A stretch of 64,000 nucleotides of DNA from Eledone cirrhosa (GCA_964016885.1 OZ024758.1:5022001-5086000); one strand, 5' to 3'; shown: positions 1 to 13,599, counted from the stretch's first letter. Notes: generated by a model not told the origin, from the letters alone. Made by a program: numbers and translations.

Positions 1-240
1 TTTCTCTTGGACAACATATATAGTGTATATAGTATATATATAGTGTATGTAGTATATATATATATATACTGTACACAATGTATGTGCAAATAGTTAGAAT
101 ATCAGATAAAAGGATTTGTAGCCATTGTTCCGGCTGACAGCGCTGGGAGTTCGAATGTCGCAGGGGTTAACTTTGCTTTTTAACCTGTCGGAGTACCTGT
201 CTCTAGTTATGGGGTCAATTATGTATTCCCTTACCTTCTT

Positions 241-341
241 TCTTTCTCTCTCTCACAAACTCTCACTCTCTCACACACTCTCACTCTCTCACACACATAC
301 ACTCTCTCTCTCACACACATACACTCATTCTCTCTCACATA

Positions 342-415
<74 letters not shown>
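241..415. repeat. (CT)n/(CA)n microsatellite
   Basis: Compound CT/CA tract ending in pure (CA)n. Confidence 0.95.
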
Positions 416-418
<3 letters not shown>

Positions 419-710
419 CCTGGATTCAAAGCAGCCAAACTTGTCCATTTGTGACGCTGATAAAGGGAACACGGAATTGAGATATTTTCAGTCAAAGATG
501 GAAATGTGTTGATAGAAAACTGCGTGTTTATCACTGAAACGACACAGATTCCACCACCACCTCACATTGAAATATGAAGTAATGGACCCCCCCCCCTATG
601 AACCAATCTTCAAGAGGAGTCCGAGGGTGAGAGGTGGGATATGATTTGAAATCACATATTTCAGGAGATATAGAAATACGGGGAAAAAATGAATTATTCC
701 ATATCGATAA

Positions 711-897
711 TAACTGTTTCTACTTTAGGCACAAGGCCAGCAATTATCCCAGTGCATTACTGGTACTTTATTTTATCGACCCCCGTAAGGATGAAAGGCA
801 AAGTGAACCTCGGCGGGATTTGAACTCAGACCGTAAAGGGACGTAACTATGCTGGAAAGCATGGCGTCCGACTCTCTACCGATACTGCCAATCCACC
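711..897 (-). mobile_element. tRNA-derived SINE with Nin/Deu-type domain (main family)
   Basis: Reverse complement has A box (TGGCAGTATCGG), B box (GAGTTCAAATCC), central CTTTGCCTTTCATCCTTACGGGG..CGATAAAATAAAGTACCAG and tail CTGGCCTTGTGCC..AGTAGAAACA; repeated about 30 times in the window. Confidence 0.9.
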
Positions 898-1182
898 TAA
901 CGACCAAAACAATTAATATAGTTTGATCACTTCCTGTAAATATCAACTAAAGCTCCATAAAAATCCATGTGGTGTAATTGATTAAAATGAATATTATCGG
1001 TAAATGGCAGATTATTATAAACGATACACAGCTTTAATTTACACAATGAAACTAATATAAAACAACCAGCAATGATTTACGCTGATATTTTAATTTCCTT
1101 CTAGTAATGAAACTCAGATTCCTTCTTCTCTGGTTTAATTGACTCATCAATTTAAACAATGAAATATAGTTCAAATTAAGAC

Positions 1183-1995
1183 TACGAGGGTCAGGTGAAA
1201 GGTTCATAGGCTGACTATGACGGAGTGATGTTAGAGCTGTGAAATCTTGAAGTACGGGAGGAGTAGGCTGAAAGGTTCATAAGATGACTATGAAGAAGTG
1301 ATGCTAGAGCTGTAAAATCTTGAAGTACGAGACTAGGCTGAAAATTCATAGGCTGAGTTTGAAGGAGTGATGCTAGAGCTGTGAAATCTTGAAGTATGGG
1401 GGTAAGCTGAAAGATTCATAGGCTGAGTATGAAGGAGTGATGCTGGAGCTGTGAAATCTTGAAGTACGAAGGTTCATAGACTGACTATAGAGCTGTGAAA
1501 TTTTGAAGTTTGGGGGTAGGCTGAAATGTTCATAGGCTGACTATGAAAGAATGATGCTAGAGCTGTGAAATCTGAAGTATGAGTGTAGGCTGAAAGGTTC
1601 TTAGGCTGACTATAAGTGATGTTAGAGCTGTGAAATCTTGAAGTAGGAGGGTCGACTGAAAGGTATATAGGCTGACTATGGAGGAGTGATGCTAGTGTTG
1701 TGAAATCTTGAAGTACGAAGGTAGGCTGAAAGATTCATATGCTGACTATGAAGAAGTGATACTAGAGCTGTGAAATCTTGAAGCACGAGGGTAGAATGAA
1801 AGGTTCATAGGTTGACTATAGAGTGATGTTAGAGCTGTGAAATCTTGCATGAATTAATTTAAATTCTTATTAATAACTGCATTGTTTCTATCCAGGTATT
1901 ATGATGAAAAATTAAACCTCATTTGGTCATTCCATGAGAGTATCTTAGTCATCCTATGAACCTTTCAGCCTCTTAACTTTTCAGCTGACCCTCGT
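1183..1995. mobile_element. mariner-like MITE with about 10 tandem copies of its ~70-bp terminal segment
   Basis: Left end TACGAGGGTCAGGTGAAAGG, right end CTTTTCAGCTGACCCTCGT; unit TACGAGGG..GCTGAAAGGTTCATAGGCTGACTATGA..GAGCTGTGAAATCTTGAAG repeated over 1183-1850; unamplified relatives at 5751, 19388 and 25369. Confidence 0.8.
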
Positions 1996-2117
1996 CTGTA
2001 AATTATAATTAAATGCACACAATACAAAATACAACTATTTCTATATCATGATATCTACGTTTATTATTCATATTCCATTAGAGTTCTGCATTGAAAATTC
2101 TTAACTAAATACACAAT

Positions 2118-2470
2118 CTCCATTCTGTCCGCCGGGGCCATGGGGCGGCCAACGCGTGGGACCCCATTTTCTCATAATAGAGAAAGATGGGGAGGCTGCA
2201 CTTCAGACCGAGCAGGGCAAACTCTCCAAGTACCGGTCGCTCTCCGACAGGTTTATGGTCTTCCCCTTAGCAGTGGAGACTTCTGGTGTCCTTGGCCCTA
2301 GGGTTATCTCACTACTCACCACCATAGGCGCTGAGCTGGCTAGCCTCAGGTGTGAGCCTCGCGAGATGGAATGGCTCTTTTCGCGCATCTCCCTTGCCTT
2401 CTCCATTCTGTCCGCCGGGGCTGTGGGGCTGTGGGACCCCATTTACTCACTATACAGAGAGATGGAGAGG
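2118..2470 (+). mobile_element. CRE-clade non-LTR retrotransposon 3' fragment (restriction-like endonuclease C-terminus)
   Basis: GC-rich island translating EQGKLSKYRSLSDRFMVFPLAVETSGVLGP...WLFSRISLA; matches the KxxKY / FxPxAxETxG / QRISLA pattern of CRE RLE domains; 2118-2185 duplicates 2401-2470. Confidence 0.8.
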
Positions 2471-3734
2471 GGGGGAGAGATGGAGGCGATGGCAGTGGGA
2501 ATTCGGCTCTTCTGTGTTCGGACACATCAATTCTATGCTGCTGTTGATACTTAAATATCCGACCATTATTCCTTCATTAATACATTAGCAGCTCGGTGGT
2601 ATTTGAACACAGAGATCAATATTATCAGCAGCCCAGACCCTAACATCCCATTTCACTCACCTATACCACAATCTCATACGTTACTTTAAACATGACGACG
2701 CCCAACCACCACTACCCTGTACTACCACTACCACGACTATAATCATTTTCGTTATCACCAGCACCGCCACCAGCCAAGTACCATCAGCTATAATAGTACA
2801 TACAAATAATGAGAAAGCAACTGAAACCATAATAAACAGCGTTGATGATATATCAATGATAGAAATAATTCTGGAATGATATTTTAAATAGGAAACTTTG
2901 GGCTTTTTTTGATAAATTATCTTCAAGATCTTATTACTTAATATGTCCGTGACTAGATACACTTGTCATTTAAAGACCGTTGATCTGTTAAAACTATAAT
3001 ATGCACCAAACATGTTTTCAATTTGGAATCCATATTAGAAGAAAAAAAACGAAATATAATTTTCTTGATTTCTACTTATGATATGTGTCCTCTTGATGGT
3101 TTATAAAAACTAATTATTTTAAGAACAGTAGTATAATTACGCATGCATTATCTGAGTAATTTCATTGTTAGTGAAAGATAGTTTTTGTTGAAGTTTCTTC
3201 GTCTCGAATCGTAGTTATTGCATGTTATTTAATGAACTTTATTAGATAGTAATGCAATTATAAGATACGGTGCCAAATGTTCTGTAGTCTCTTTCTTAAC
3301 AGGATCATCTTAGTGGTTGCATGACTTCATAATTTGTATTGTTACAAAGGAAAATGGGAATATTCGATATAATAGCATGACAAATAAGATGAAAGGGCAA
3401 TTTTAAAGCATTGTCTTTTAATATCAAAATAATTACAATGAATGTCAGAAACCAAGACATAGTGCTATCTTTTTGTTTCATATCATATCGGATTTTGATA
3501 ATAATATCCTCATCCATTATAGGTATTTTAAAAGCCATTTATAATGGTGTGCGCGAGACAAGGGAGCCTCAATGGAACTCAGGAAGAACAAATATCAGAT
3601 ATGTTTTGATTCTAAAGGGCAAATTTATTGATTTCTTCTTTTTCTTCTCCTCCTCCTCCCCATTCTTCTTCTTCGTCCAATTATGGAAATGGAGAGTTCG
3701 GAAAGAGAAATGGTTGGAACGATGATCACAAATG

Positions 3735-3981
3735 ACCATGGGATTTGTATCTAGAAAGTTTCCCTGCAAGGCACAAGTCCGAGAAAGCCCATGCATACCA
3801 GTCTCCTCTCTCCACACCACCAATGTTGTCCAAGGGAAAGGCAATGGCCGATACAGCTTGGCACCAGTGACGTCGCAACTCATTTCTACAGCTGAGTAAA
3901 CTGGAGCAACGTGAAATAAAGTGTCTTGCTCAAGAACACAATTGTAAGCCCGACGTTCTAACCACTAAGCCGCGCGCATTC
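3735..3981 (-). mobile_element. CORE-type tRNA SINE
   Basis: CAGCTGAGTAAACTGGAGCAACGTGAAATAAAGTGTCTTGCTCAAGAACACAA, the reverse complement of a CORE-like domain; relatives at 6420, 55700, 59640 and 61625. Confidence 0.75.
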
Positions 3982-3982
3982 T

Positions 3983-4019
<37 letters not shown>

Positions 4020-4045
4020 GCATATACATATATATATTTATATAT

Positions 4046-4610
4046 ATATTGTTATGCTTTGGGAGGGTCATGTTGCCAATAAGAAACACACGCACCAGTT
4101 GCTTTCACTCCATTTTATTATAAATTAAATTTATAAATTTAAGAATTTATAAATTTCCGGTTGGTTGGTTCTACAACCAGACGATTGTTCATATATTGTC
4201 AAAGTTCTTTCGTCACACATTCTGTGACCTCTTCAGTGACTGGGGATTCTTTTCTTCGTTTTTGTGCCTCTCCTTTGTTCTGTCCTACGCAAAAAAACAA
4301 GATGGCGTAAGACAGAACAAAGGAGAGGCACAAAAACGAAGAAAAGAATCCCCAGTCACTGAAGAGGTCACAGAATGTGTGACGAAAGAACTTTGACAAT
4401 ATATTAACAATCGTCTGGTTGTGGAATCAACCAACCCACCGGAAATTTATAAATTCTTAAATTTATAAATTTAATATATAATAAATTGGAGTGAAAGCAA
4501 CTGGTGTGTGTGTTTCTTATTGGCAACATGACCCTCCCAAAGTATAACAATATCGGTTTCAACACACGTTTTCAGATAAAGAATCTTGCTAAACAAATTC
4601 AGAAACGAAA
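4046..4610 (+). mobile_element. Penelope-like terminal repeat with inverted 5' copy (fold-back)
   Basis: Arms 4046-4290 and 4305-4553 are near-perfect reverse complements around a 14-nt loop; flanked by (TA)n; HHR-like motif in each arm; end fragments recur at 5571-5604 and 17724-17752. Confidence 0.75.
4355..4397 (+). ncRNA. minimal hammerhead ribozyme-like motif (mirror copy 4198-4240 on -)
   Basis: GTCA CTGAAGA G GTCACA gaatg TGTGAC GAAAG aa CTT TGAC: stem I GTCA/TGAC, CUGANGA, 6-bp stem II, GAAA, short stem III. Confidence 0.6.
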
Positions 4611-4711
4611 TATATATATATATTTATATATGTATAGATATATATATATAATTAGATAGCACTCTGTTTTCCTTTGCTTTTCCTTCGGAATTACCTAACA
4701 CTCACACACAC

Positions 4712-4820
<109 letters not shown>

Positions 4821-5689
4821 TGTGTGTGTGTGTATGTATAATTCTTCAATAAGAAAATTTATCACCCACCACTTTGATTGAATTCTAAAGAAACGGCAAC
4901 TAAATACTGTAAACAGTGTAGTGTGGTGCAGCGCTCTATCGATTTTAACATCTCCCCGAGGAAAATGAAAGTATAATTGTTTAACCTTCACTCGCGTAAT
5001 AATTTATGGATAGAATGTAAAACATATTAGAAAGTGATAAGAGAGTTAGTGTGCAGAACTTGGATTAGTTCTATTAAGTACGATTGTAGCTGTAACCTTA
5101 GAACATAAAATAGAAACCTCTAGTGACTATCACAACAAAATTATTCACTAATCAATTTATTTTATTACATGATGTTTATTTTGCTTTTTTCAAAAAACTA
5201 CAGACACATACTTCCCTTTCAGTCTCCCCCTAAAGAAACCCAGGAAAAATCAAATGAATGATTGCATATATTTTATTTTTTAAATTTAGATATTTTCAAA
5301 AAATGTCGATGTTTTTGTTTAAGATAAGAGTTTTGTTATATGTGTACAAATATGTAAGTGTGCGTACATGCATACCCGGCCCCATATATGTATATATATA
5401 TGTATATATATATATACATATATATATATACACACACACACACATATATATACACACACACACACATATATATATACATATACACATACATATATATATA
5501 CACATACACACACATATATATATATACACATACACACACATATATATAGACACACATATATATATATATATATTTCGTTTCTGAATTTGTTTAGCAAGAT
5601 TCTTCATATATATATATATAAAAAAAACAATGATAGTGAGTAAAATCGAAGTTGCAGCTACGGCTAGCATCTCTCGAAAGAATAATCGT

Positions 5690-5750
<61 letters not shown>

Positions 5751-5752
<2 letters not shown>

Positions 5753-5946
5753 GGCTGAAAGGTTCATAGGCTGACCAAGATACTCTCATGGAATGACCAA
5801 ATGAGGTTTATCTTTCAATATAGTACCTGGAAAGAAACAGTGCAGTTATTAATAAGAAGAGTTGAAATTACTGATTAATGCATGCAAGATTTCACAGCCC
5901 TACCATTATTCCATCATAGTCAGCCTATGAACTTTCAGCCTACCGT
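5751..5946. mobile_element. mariner-like MITE (family of 1183-1995)
   Basis: GGCTGAAAGGTTCATAGGCTGAC ... GTCAGCCTATGAACTTTCAGCC inverted ends with the same internal sequence. Confidence 0.75.
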
Positions 5947-6045
<99 letters not shown>

Positions 6046-6419
6046 AAGTATTCGTATGTTTAATATTTATATCAATACATCAATTTTGATGTTTATCTAA
6101 TTTTAATACAATGAATTCAAGTCCCCGATGTAATTAAACTGACATGGGACTGACACAAGTTCCTTTCTTGATGACCAGTAAGATAAACAGAAACCAGATT
6201 TACAAAGTCCAGTACAACATCTCCCGTGAGAATCAAATCGATAGTGGCTTTTGAGTAACATATTATCATTTTGTGGTTCTCAGACCAATATAGCTTTGGT
6301 TATAGGACAGTGGTCAGAACCATGGTGTAGGAAAGACACCGTAGGTTTGATTCTAGGACAGTGGTGAGTAGCAAACATTAGTGTAGGAAAGATTCTCAGA
6401 CCACCATAGCCTTGATTCT

Positions 6420-6550
6420 GATGTTGTCCATTTCTTCAACTGAGTAAACTGGAGCAACTGAAACAAAGTATACAACTTACCACTCGGTCTGGGAAACGAA
6501 CTCACAAACTCAGAATTGTTAATCCAACTAGCTAACCATAAAACCGCGCT
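6420..6550 (-). mobile_element. CORE-type SINE, degenerate
   Basis: CTGAGTAAACTGGAGCAAC..GAACTCACAA similar to 3735-3981. Confidence 0.6.
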
Positions 6551-7460
6551 TTTTACTCTTTTACACACACTCATATGTATATATATATATATATATACAC
6601 ATACACTCATATGTATGTATATATATATACACATACATATATACATAACACATATTTCCATACACACACTCACATATATATATACATACATACCCACACA
6701 TAATTATATATAATATACATATACATACATAATACATACTTCCACATACATACATATATATATATATATATACATAGTATATATTTACACACACACACAC
6801 ACACACATATATATTGAATACATTCTACATTGTTCTCCTTTTTCCATAGTCAATCTGGTTAAGTTTGTCCTTAAGAAAAAATATAAAAATTGATCTAATT
6901 ATCCTATTTTCTTTTATATACCATTCTATATTTATTTCCAATTACATTTGCATATTTTTCATAATTGAATTTCTTTTACTACTTTTTACTTCCAAATTAC
7001 AGTTTATCCTTGTTGTAGCGAGTATTTAGCATTCCATAGTTTGGTTTCTTATATCTTTTCTGTCTACGAATTTTTTGCTCCAATGCTTTATTCTAATCTT
7101 CCGATTTTTATTTCGATTTTTTGAAATTATTCTGTTTGAAAGATTTTTGAAATTATTCTGTTATCTACCATTGTGTACTTCAAAATATAATATTCACTTT
7201 TATGAATTCTCTACAACAGAAATATATATATGGAAGAAAAGAAAATTAATTTGAAATGGTTACACAAGTGTTGAAAGTTTATTTGCAAAAACACTTTTTG
7301 ATTCCGACATTTTGCAATGGTTACACAAACGTATTCAATGTCATATTTAATGTCACCGAGATTTCAGATCAACGTAGTTCTATCGTCCGTATGGTGATGT
7401 CGTGTCTGTAGATGGGCAGAGTCGGTAGAGCCCCGGACAACAGTCGTTTATCGATAGTAA

Positions 7461-7890
7461 TAATTGTTTCTACTTTTAACACAAGGCCAGCAATTACACT
7501 AGTGCATTACTGGTACTTTATTTTACTGATGCCGTAATAATTGTTTCTACTTTTAGCACAAGGCCAGCAATTATCACAGTACATTACTGGTACTTTATTT
7601 TATCGACCCCGTAAGGATGAAAGGCCCTTTCATCCTTTCATCCCGTAAGGATGAAAGGCGGGATGTGAACTCAGATAATAAAGGGCCGTAACTCTATGCT
7701 GCAAAGCATGGTGTCCTACTCTCTACCGATATTGGCAATCACCCACTTGATACTAATAATGATTTCTATGTTCTGAGTTCAAATCCCGCCGAGGTTAGCT
7801 TTGCCTTTCATCCTTACGGGGTCGATAAAATAAAGTACCAATAATACACTGGGATAATTGCTGGCCTTGTACCAAAAGTAGAAACAATTA
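7461..7890. mobile_element. cluster of main-family SINEs (two -, one +)
   Basis: Tail fragment 7461-7535 (-), copy 7536-7745 (-), 5'-truncated copy 7765-7890 (+). Confidence 0.85.
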
Positions 7891-8392
7891 ATTGGGAGCC
7901 GAGAATAAAAGTAAAATATGTATTTAAATTAGAAGTATTATGTTTATCTTCTGAAGCTAATCTTACTTGGGAAGTCGATATAACTTCAAACCTGGCTGGA
8001 AATTTGGTTGGTCAATCAAAGACTTTATTCTTTACTTCATAGTAAATACATCAATTATTAGAATTGATCTATGAAGGTCGATGTCAAGTGTATTTCTATT
8101 CATCATCAATATAATATTCTTCATAGCGCAACAGTTTTTAAGAAAAATTAATTTTATTTATTTTTTTTTTTTATGAAAAAAATTCAAACCGACAAAATTA
8201 ATGTCTGACTATGTATCATAATAACACTGTCCGTTGTTTGAATCTATAATTGAATTCTGGTTATAATATGGAAGTTTATGCTTCAGTATATTCCATAATA
8301 TCACGCCTCTAAAAACTTGATTGTATAGTATCGTAGTCTTTCAACATTTTTCATTTTTTAGTTCATTATACGATTTTGTTTAGGAAATTGCT

Positions 8393-8397
<5 letters not shown>

Positions 8398-8449
<52 letters not shown>

Positions 8450-8549
8450 CACTGACTCTTTTCCTATATTTGTGTATATATATATATATATTTGTATAGA
8501 GGTTTTTGTATATATATATATATATATAATGTATAGATATTTGTATATA

Positions 8550-8602
<53 letters not shown>

Positions 8603-8607
8603 ATATA

Positions 8608-8644
<37 letters not shown>

Positions 8645-8669
8645 ATGTATGTATAGATATTTGTATATA

Positions 8670-8710
<41 letters not shown>

Positions 8711-8853
8711 ATGTATGTATAGATATTTGTATATATCTGTGTATATATATATATATATATGTGTGTATGTATGTATAGATATTTGTATATATCTGTGTAT
8801 ATATATATATATATGTGTATGTATGTATAGATATGTGTATATATCTGTGTATA

Positions 8854-8906
<53 letters not shown>

Positions 8907-8964
8907 GTATAGATATTTGTATATATGTGTGTATATATATATATATATGTATAGATATTTGTAT

Positions 8965-8997
<33 letters not shown>

Positions 8998-9246
8998 CAT
9001 ATATATACATATATATTTTTTGTATGTATATTTGTATATATTTATAAATATATATATATATATATATATACATATATATTTTTTGTATGTATATTTGTAT
9101 ATATTTATAAATATATATATCTATATATATGTATATATATATGTATATATATGTATATATATATATTTGTATATATGTATATTTGTATATATGTATATTT
9201 GTATATATGTATATATATGTGTGTGTGTGCGTGTCTGTGTGTGTGT
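8398..9246. repeat. compound (TA)n/(TG)n microsatellite with higher-order unit
   Basis: (TA)n interspersed with a recurring GTATAGATATTTGTATATATCTGTG unit. Confidence 0.95.
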
Positions 9247-9389
9247 ACTTATTCGTTTAAAATTTGTGGTTTACCACTGAGTAGAATTGGTCATTCTTCA
9301 ATATTAATCATGACGTAATATGAGAAAAGCACTTGACGCTATGTAACTCATAGAATCATGTTTGTGGTGCGGGAACGGAGAATATGTAT

Positions 9390-9723
9390 TATAAAGTGAA
9401 ATGACAGGAGGCCAACTATGTGGAATCTCTTTAATTATTTATTTCTGCAAACACTATGCAAAGAAAAAAGAAAACAGAAGAAAAAGATTGTTTGTTTACG
9501 ATTTTGACCCAGAGACGAATGAGGCAGAGTGCCGCTACACAGTGTAGTGGCATGCTGCTTGCTTCTTTAAAGTTTACCATCATTCCGTTGGTATACCTCT
9601 ATTACGCAATTTACACCTGAAGATGTCACCGGGTTATAACGCAACCTGGCCACTGAAATGTGCATAATGTTTGCAGAAATAAATAATTAAGGAAATCCAA
9701 CATATTTAGCCTCCTGTCATTTC

Positions 9724-9730
<7 letters not shown>
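9390..9730 (+). mobile_element. Penelope-like terminus with ~70-bp inverted arms and degenerate HHR
   Basis: 9390-9460 is the imperfect reverse complement of 9661-9730; CTGAAGA..CCGGGTT ataacgc AACCTGG..GAAA at 9617-9658 abuts the right arm; followed by (TA)n. Confidence 0.55.
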
Positions 9731-9805
<75 letters not shown>

Positions 9806-9971
9806 CGCACTCCATCATCTACGTTTCTAAAAAAATAAATCGTACACAAAACGCCAGCATCAACAGTTTTCAAAGAGATGTCAACATGAAAGGACCTGTT
9901 ATTTTTATCTAAAGAGATTTTTTCCAATTCCACCCCGCCCGTCCCTTCAATCTATCTTATTTCTCATTCTT

Positions 9972-10007
9972 TCTTCTGATGAAGGACTAGTGTCCGAAAC
10001 GTTAAGA
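9972..10007 (+). ncRNA. minimal hammerhead motif in a Penelope-like 3' terminus (~9930-10095)
   Basis: TCTT CTGATGA A GGAC tagt GTCC GAAACGTT AAGA; palindromic AACGTT stem III; downstream TCAAGCGT.AACCTAATA shared with the 53830-53990 copy. Confidence 0.7.
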
Positions 10008-10088
10008 CCCTCTTCCTGCTACTTCAAGCGTTAACCTAATATATTCCTTCCATATACTGTACCGATTGCGTTTTTATTTCTGTTTACC

Positions 10089-10181
<93 letters not shown>

Positions 10182-11028
10182 AATATATATAATCTAAAGT
10201 TTAACTTTTCTCTAGCTTCAATATGTTTTAGTTATATTTTCAATCTTTTTATGCATTAGATTTGCTTCATCAGTTCTCTTGGCTAATATGTCTTCTCGGT
10301 TCTATCTTGTTTATAAAGTTATAATATAACGTTAGATGCAAAAGTTTAAAAAAAAAGGAAAGAAATAAAGAGAGAGAGATAAATTTGTAGTATTAAATCG
10401 AAATACAATTTCCGTTTATTTCTAAATACGGACAACCTTTTAAAATCATATTTACATGCAAAACACATAAATAAACTCACAAAGAGCACATTTTTTACGA
10501 AGTATAACATATTTTAATGTACTGTGAGGTTTATAGAATTAACATGATTTCTTATAATTTTATATCATGAAATGAATCAAACATAATCTTTATAACAAAC
10601 TATTTCGTTAAACTATTTATTCGTATTGTCTTCATAGTATATATCTTTATACGTATTTTTATGAATAATGTTGTGTACAATACCTGTATTATTCCTTCAA
10701 TATATATTAAACATATCTAATATATATGATGATGGCTGCAACTTGATTTAGAGTAATGCTATCGCTTGATACTTAAGCATGAGCATCACAGACGTGACTT
10801 ATTAGTCTTGTTAGGGACTTGCCTATGACCAGCAATACCATGCATCGCAAAAAATGTCCAATATCAAGCGGTGCCTGTGCTTGAAGCATTTTTCAGTTAG
10901 GAAAATCTTTGCACGGGGCCAGTCCCACTCTCTGAACATTGAATGTTAGTTGCCAATAATTTATCCACAAAAAAATTTGAATAAAAGAATTATTTAACTA
11001 AAAAAGTTGGTTTTGTAGCCTTTTTATA

Positions 11029-11195
11029 CCGTATTTCCCGGCGCCGAAGACGCTTCGTCCTCGAGGACGCACCCTAATTTTGACAACAAAAATTTGAAAA
11101 AAATTGATAAACAACCTTCGGCCTCCAGGAAGCATTGAAGATTTTTGAGACTTATTTTAGGGAAAAAGTAGCGTCTTCGACGCCGGGAAAGACGG
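11029..11195. mobile_element. Tc1/mariner-superfamily (Tc2/pogo-type) MITE
   Basis: TIRs CCGTATTTCCCGGCGCCGAAGACGC / GCGTCTTCGACGCCGGGAAAGACGG with TA on both sides. Confidence 0.85.
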
Positions 11196-11254
11196 TATAT
11201 AAAATACTACAATTAGCCGTCAGTTTTGACGGCACGGGGCCAGCTAGTTATAAA

Positions 11255-11388
11255 TAATTGTTCCTACTTTTGGCACAAGGCCAGCAATTATCCCAGTGCA
11301 TTACTGGTACTTTATTTTATCGACCCGTAAGGATGAAAGGCAAAGTTAACCTCGGCGAGATTTGAACTCAGACCATAAAGGACCGTAA
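11255..11388 (-). mobile_element. main-family SINE, 5'-truncated
   Basis: Same tail, Nin-type domain and B box as 711-897. Confidence 0.85.
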
Positions 11389-12206
11389 TGAAGTAAATAT
11401 TGACGTAATTAATGTGGTAAGCACATTAGCTGTAATTAATCAAGTCTGTATCAGTGTTGAAAGATGATTAAGAAAATAAACAAAAGTAAAGTCAAAATCT
11501 CAAATTAACAAACAAACAAATTGAAAAGAGGTAACGTATCTGAATTCCCGCTAATTGAAATTAGAAATAGGTAGTAAAGGTGGTGATGGAGAAAATAGAT
11601 TGATCTTTAGCAGATACGGTGACACCTCACTAATCTTGTCATTTCTTATTCGTAGAATATAAAAAACAGTTATATATTTAGTTTTTGTACCATGTGTGTT
11701 GATAAAATCATTGTACACACAGCATTGCAGAATTTAGTTTCTATACCATGAGCCCATAACTTGTGGGTGTGTCGTGGGGTGAACGTTGTCATATGGAATA
11801 TTTAAACCTCCTGATGAAGCCCATCCTTTTCCAGATCTGGATACAGTCAATATCTTCCAGAGAGAGAGAGATGAATAGCTCATATCATCCAATAATTCCC
11901 ATGATGAAGGCTGAAGAGATGAGAGAAAGAAAGAGACAGAAAGAAAAATGAAAGGAGAGAGAAAGGGAGAGATAGAATTGACCGCAGTATAGGACTGATA
12001 CTTTATTTATCGATCTCGAAGGATAAAAAGCGAAGTTGACCGTCACGAGATTTGAACTTGGAGTGTAGAAAACTGAAAGGACTTTGCTAATTCCACGTCT
12101 AACAATGTATATGACGGGCTTCAGCACTGTTTCCGTGTACCAAATTTCACGAACAAAACATTGCTCAGTTCGATGCTATATGGTGAACTACTCATGCCCA
12201 AACTAC

Positions 12207-12320
12207 CAAGCAGTATAGAACCACATAGCTCTGAACCGTAATTCTTAATCGCACAGTCTTGCATGCACTTGTCTGATTGAGAGTCGATACTAGCAATTAC
12301 ATCTCTGCAAATATGGCATT
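12207..12320 (-). CDS. candidate Cys-rich internal exon of an unidentified host gene
   Basis: Acceptor TTTTTACTTTGGTACAG; only one of three frames open after it (xCHICRDVIASIDSQSDKCMQDCAIKNYGSELCGSILL); possible donor G|GTAGTT gives a 114-nt phase 1-1 exon. No family recognised. Confidence 0.3.
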
Positions 12321-13599
12321 CTGTACCAAAGTAAAAATGCAATACAGTTTCTTCTTTAAATTCCTGCTTACGTTGATAGATACTTTCCATCAAACAGCGC
12401 CAATTATATAATCTTTCAAAATAGGAATAAATAATGTTTTTTATTAACCTAAAAAATATAGTATAATTATCTAGCTATAATTCATGAAATATTGTCTGGC
12501 TTCCAAATAATTAAACTTTATTTCCCAGTCAAATTTGTATTTCTTATTCCACAATGCTTCAAGCAAACTGTGATACATAAGATATATCTTATAAAGCAAA
12601 ATTACTAAGTTTTATACCACAATATACTCACATAGAGTATTTCTATACTTAAGATAAAAATTATTATACGAAAAATATTTACAGAACATCTTTCTGGATA
12701 AAATCTTCGGAAAGTTATTCGGGAAGCGGGGAAGAAGGATATAATTTCATATCTCGTATAAAGACAAAGTAATTATCTTTGAAATTTTCTTATGAAACAC
12801 AGCACGTTACTATGTCGATAATTTGTCCACAGAGGGCAATGTAGAATATAAGGTGATCAATAAAATAGATACTTCTTTCAACAATTATAATATACACCAT
12901 ATTTATTCACTTGATATGTTAGCTTTTACGCCATCCATTTTTTTCTATATGATATTAATTCCTAAAAGTGTGTGTGTCAATTATTTATCAGAGTATTAAA
13001 CATAAGGTATATATACTTTAGATTATACGAGAGTACAAGGTGAAGAAAAACGAGATAACTTGTTATTAAAAGAAAGAAGAAAGACACTATACTGACAGGT
13101 TCCTTAGCACGTCAGATACAATGCCTTGCGGTATTCGTTTCAGCTCTCTTTACTCTGAGTTCAAATCTCAATGAATTTGACAAAATAAATCATCATGCAT
13201 GTTCTGATATCAGAATTGGGGGTCTCCAGGTGAACTGATACACCAGGTGGAACACGGTGGGATTTGAACTCAACACGTAATAAACAGTAAATAAATACAG
13301 CAAGGTATTTTATCTGATTCTCTAATGATCCCGCGAATCTATCTTCCTAAAAGACCCTAACATTGAAATCGAGTCAATCTAATTTGCTTTCATCAAGCCA
13401 AGCAAATGACCATCCACATGGTCCCTCGATCGGCTGAAATTGCAGCCAAATATCATTTTAATTACATCTGAAATAATTAAGGTTAAATTATATAATGAAG
13501 AAAAATGGGAGCCTTAGGGAGAGGGCCTTAATTAGAGGAGCCTTATGTAGAGAAGCCTGTTAAAATATATATTGCTGTATCAATTTCATGCCTCGAAAA

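Noticed and set aside
1183-1850. CRISPR-like or coding repeat
   Set aside because: The whole unit is repeated and matches a MITE terminus; no unique spacers and no ORF.
4196-4399. Near-identical ORFs on both strands
   Set aside because: A consequence of the palindrome, not a bidirectional gene.
8366-9318. YI/CV/HT-rich ORFs here and throughout the window
   Set aside because: Translations of (TA)n, (TG)n and (CA)n microsatellites.
11810-11830. Isolated CTGATGA boxes (also 43449, 59705 on -, 63948)
   Set aside because: No stem II followed by GAAA, so not hammerheads.
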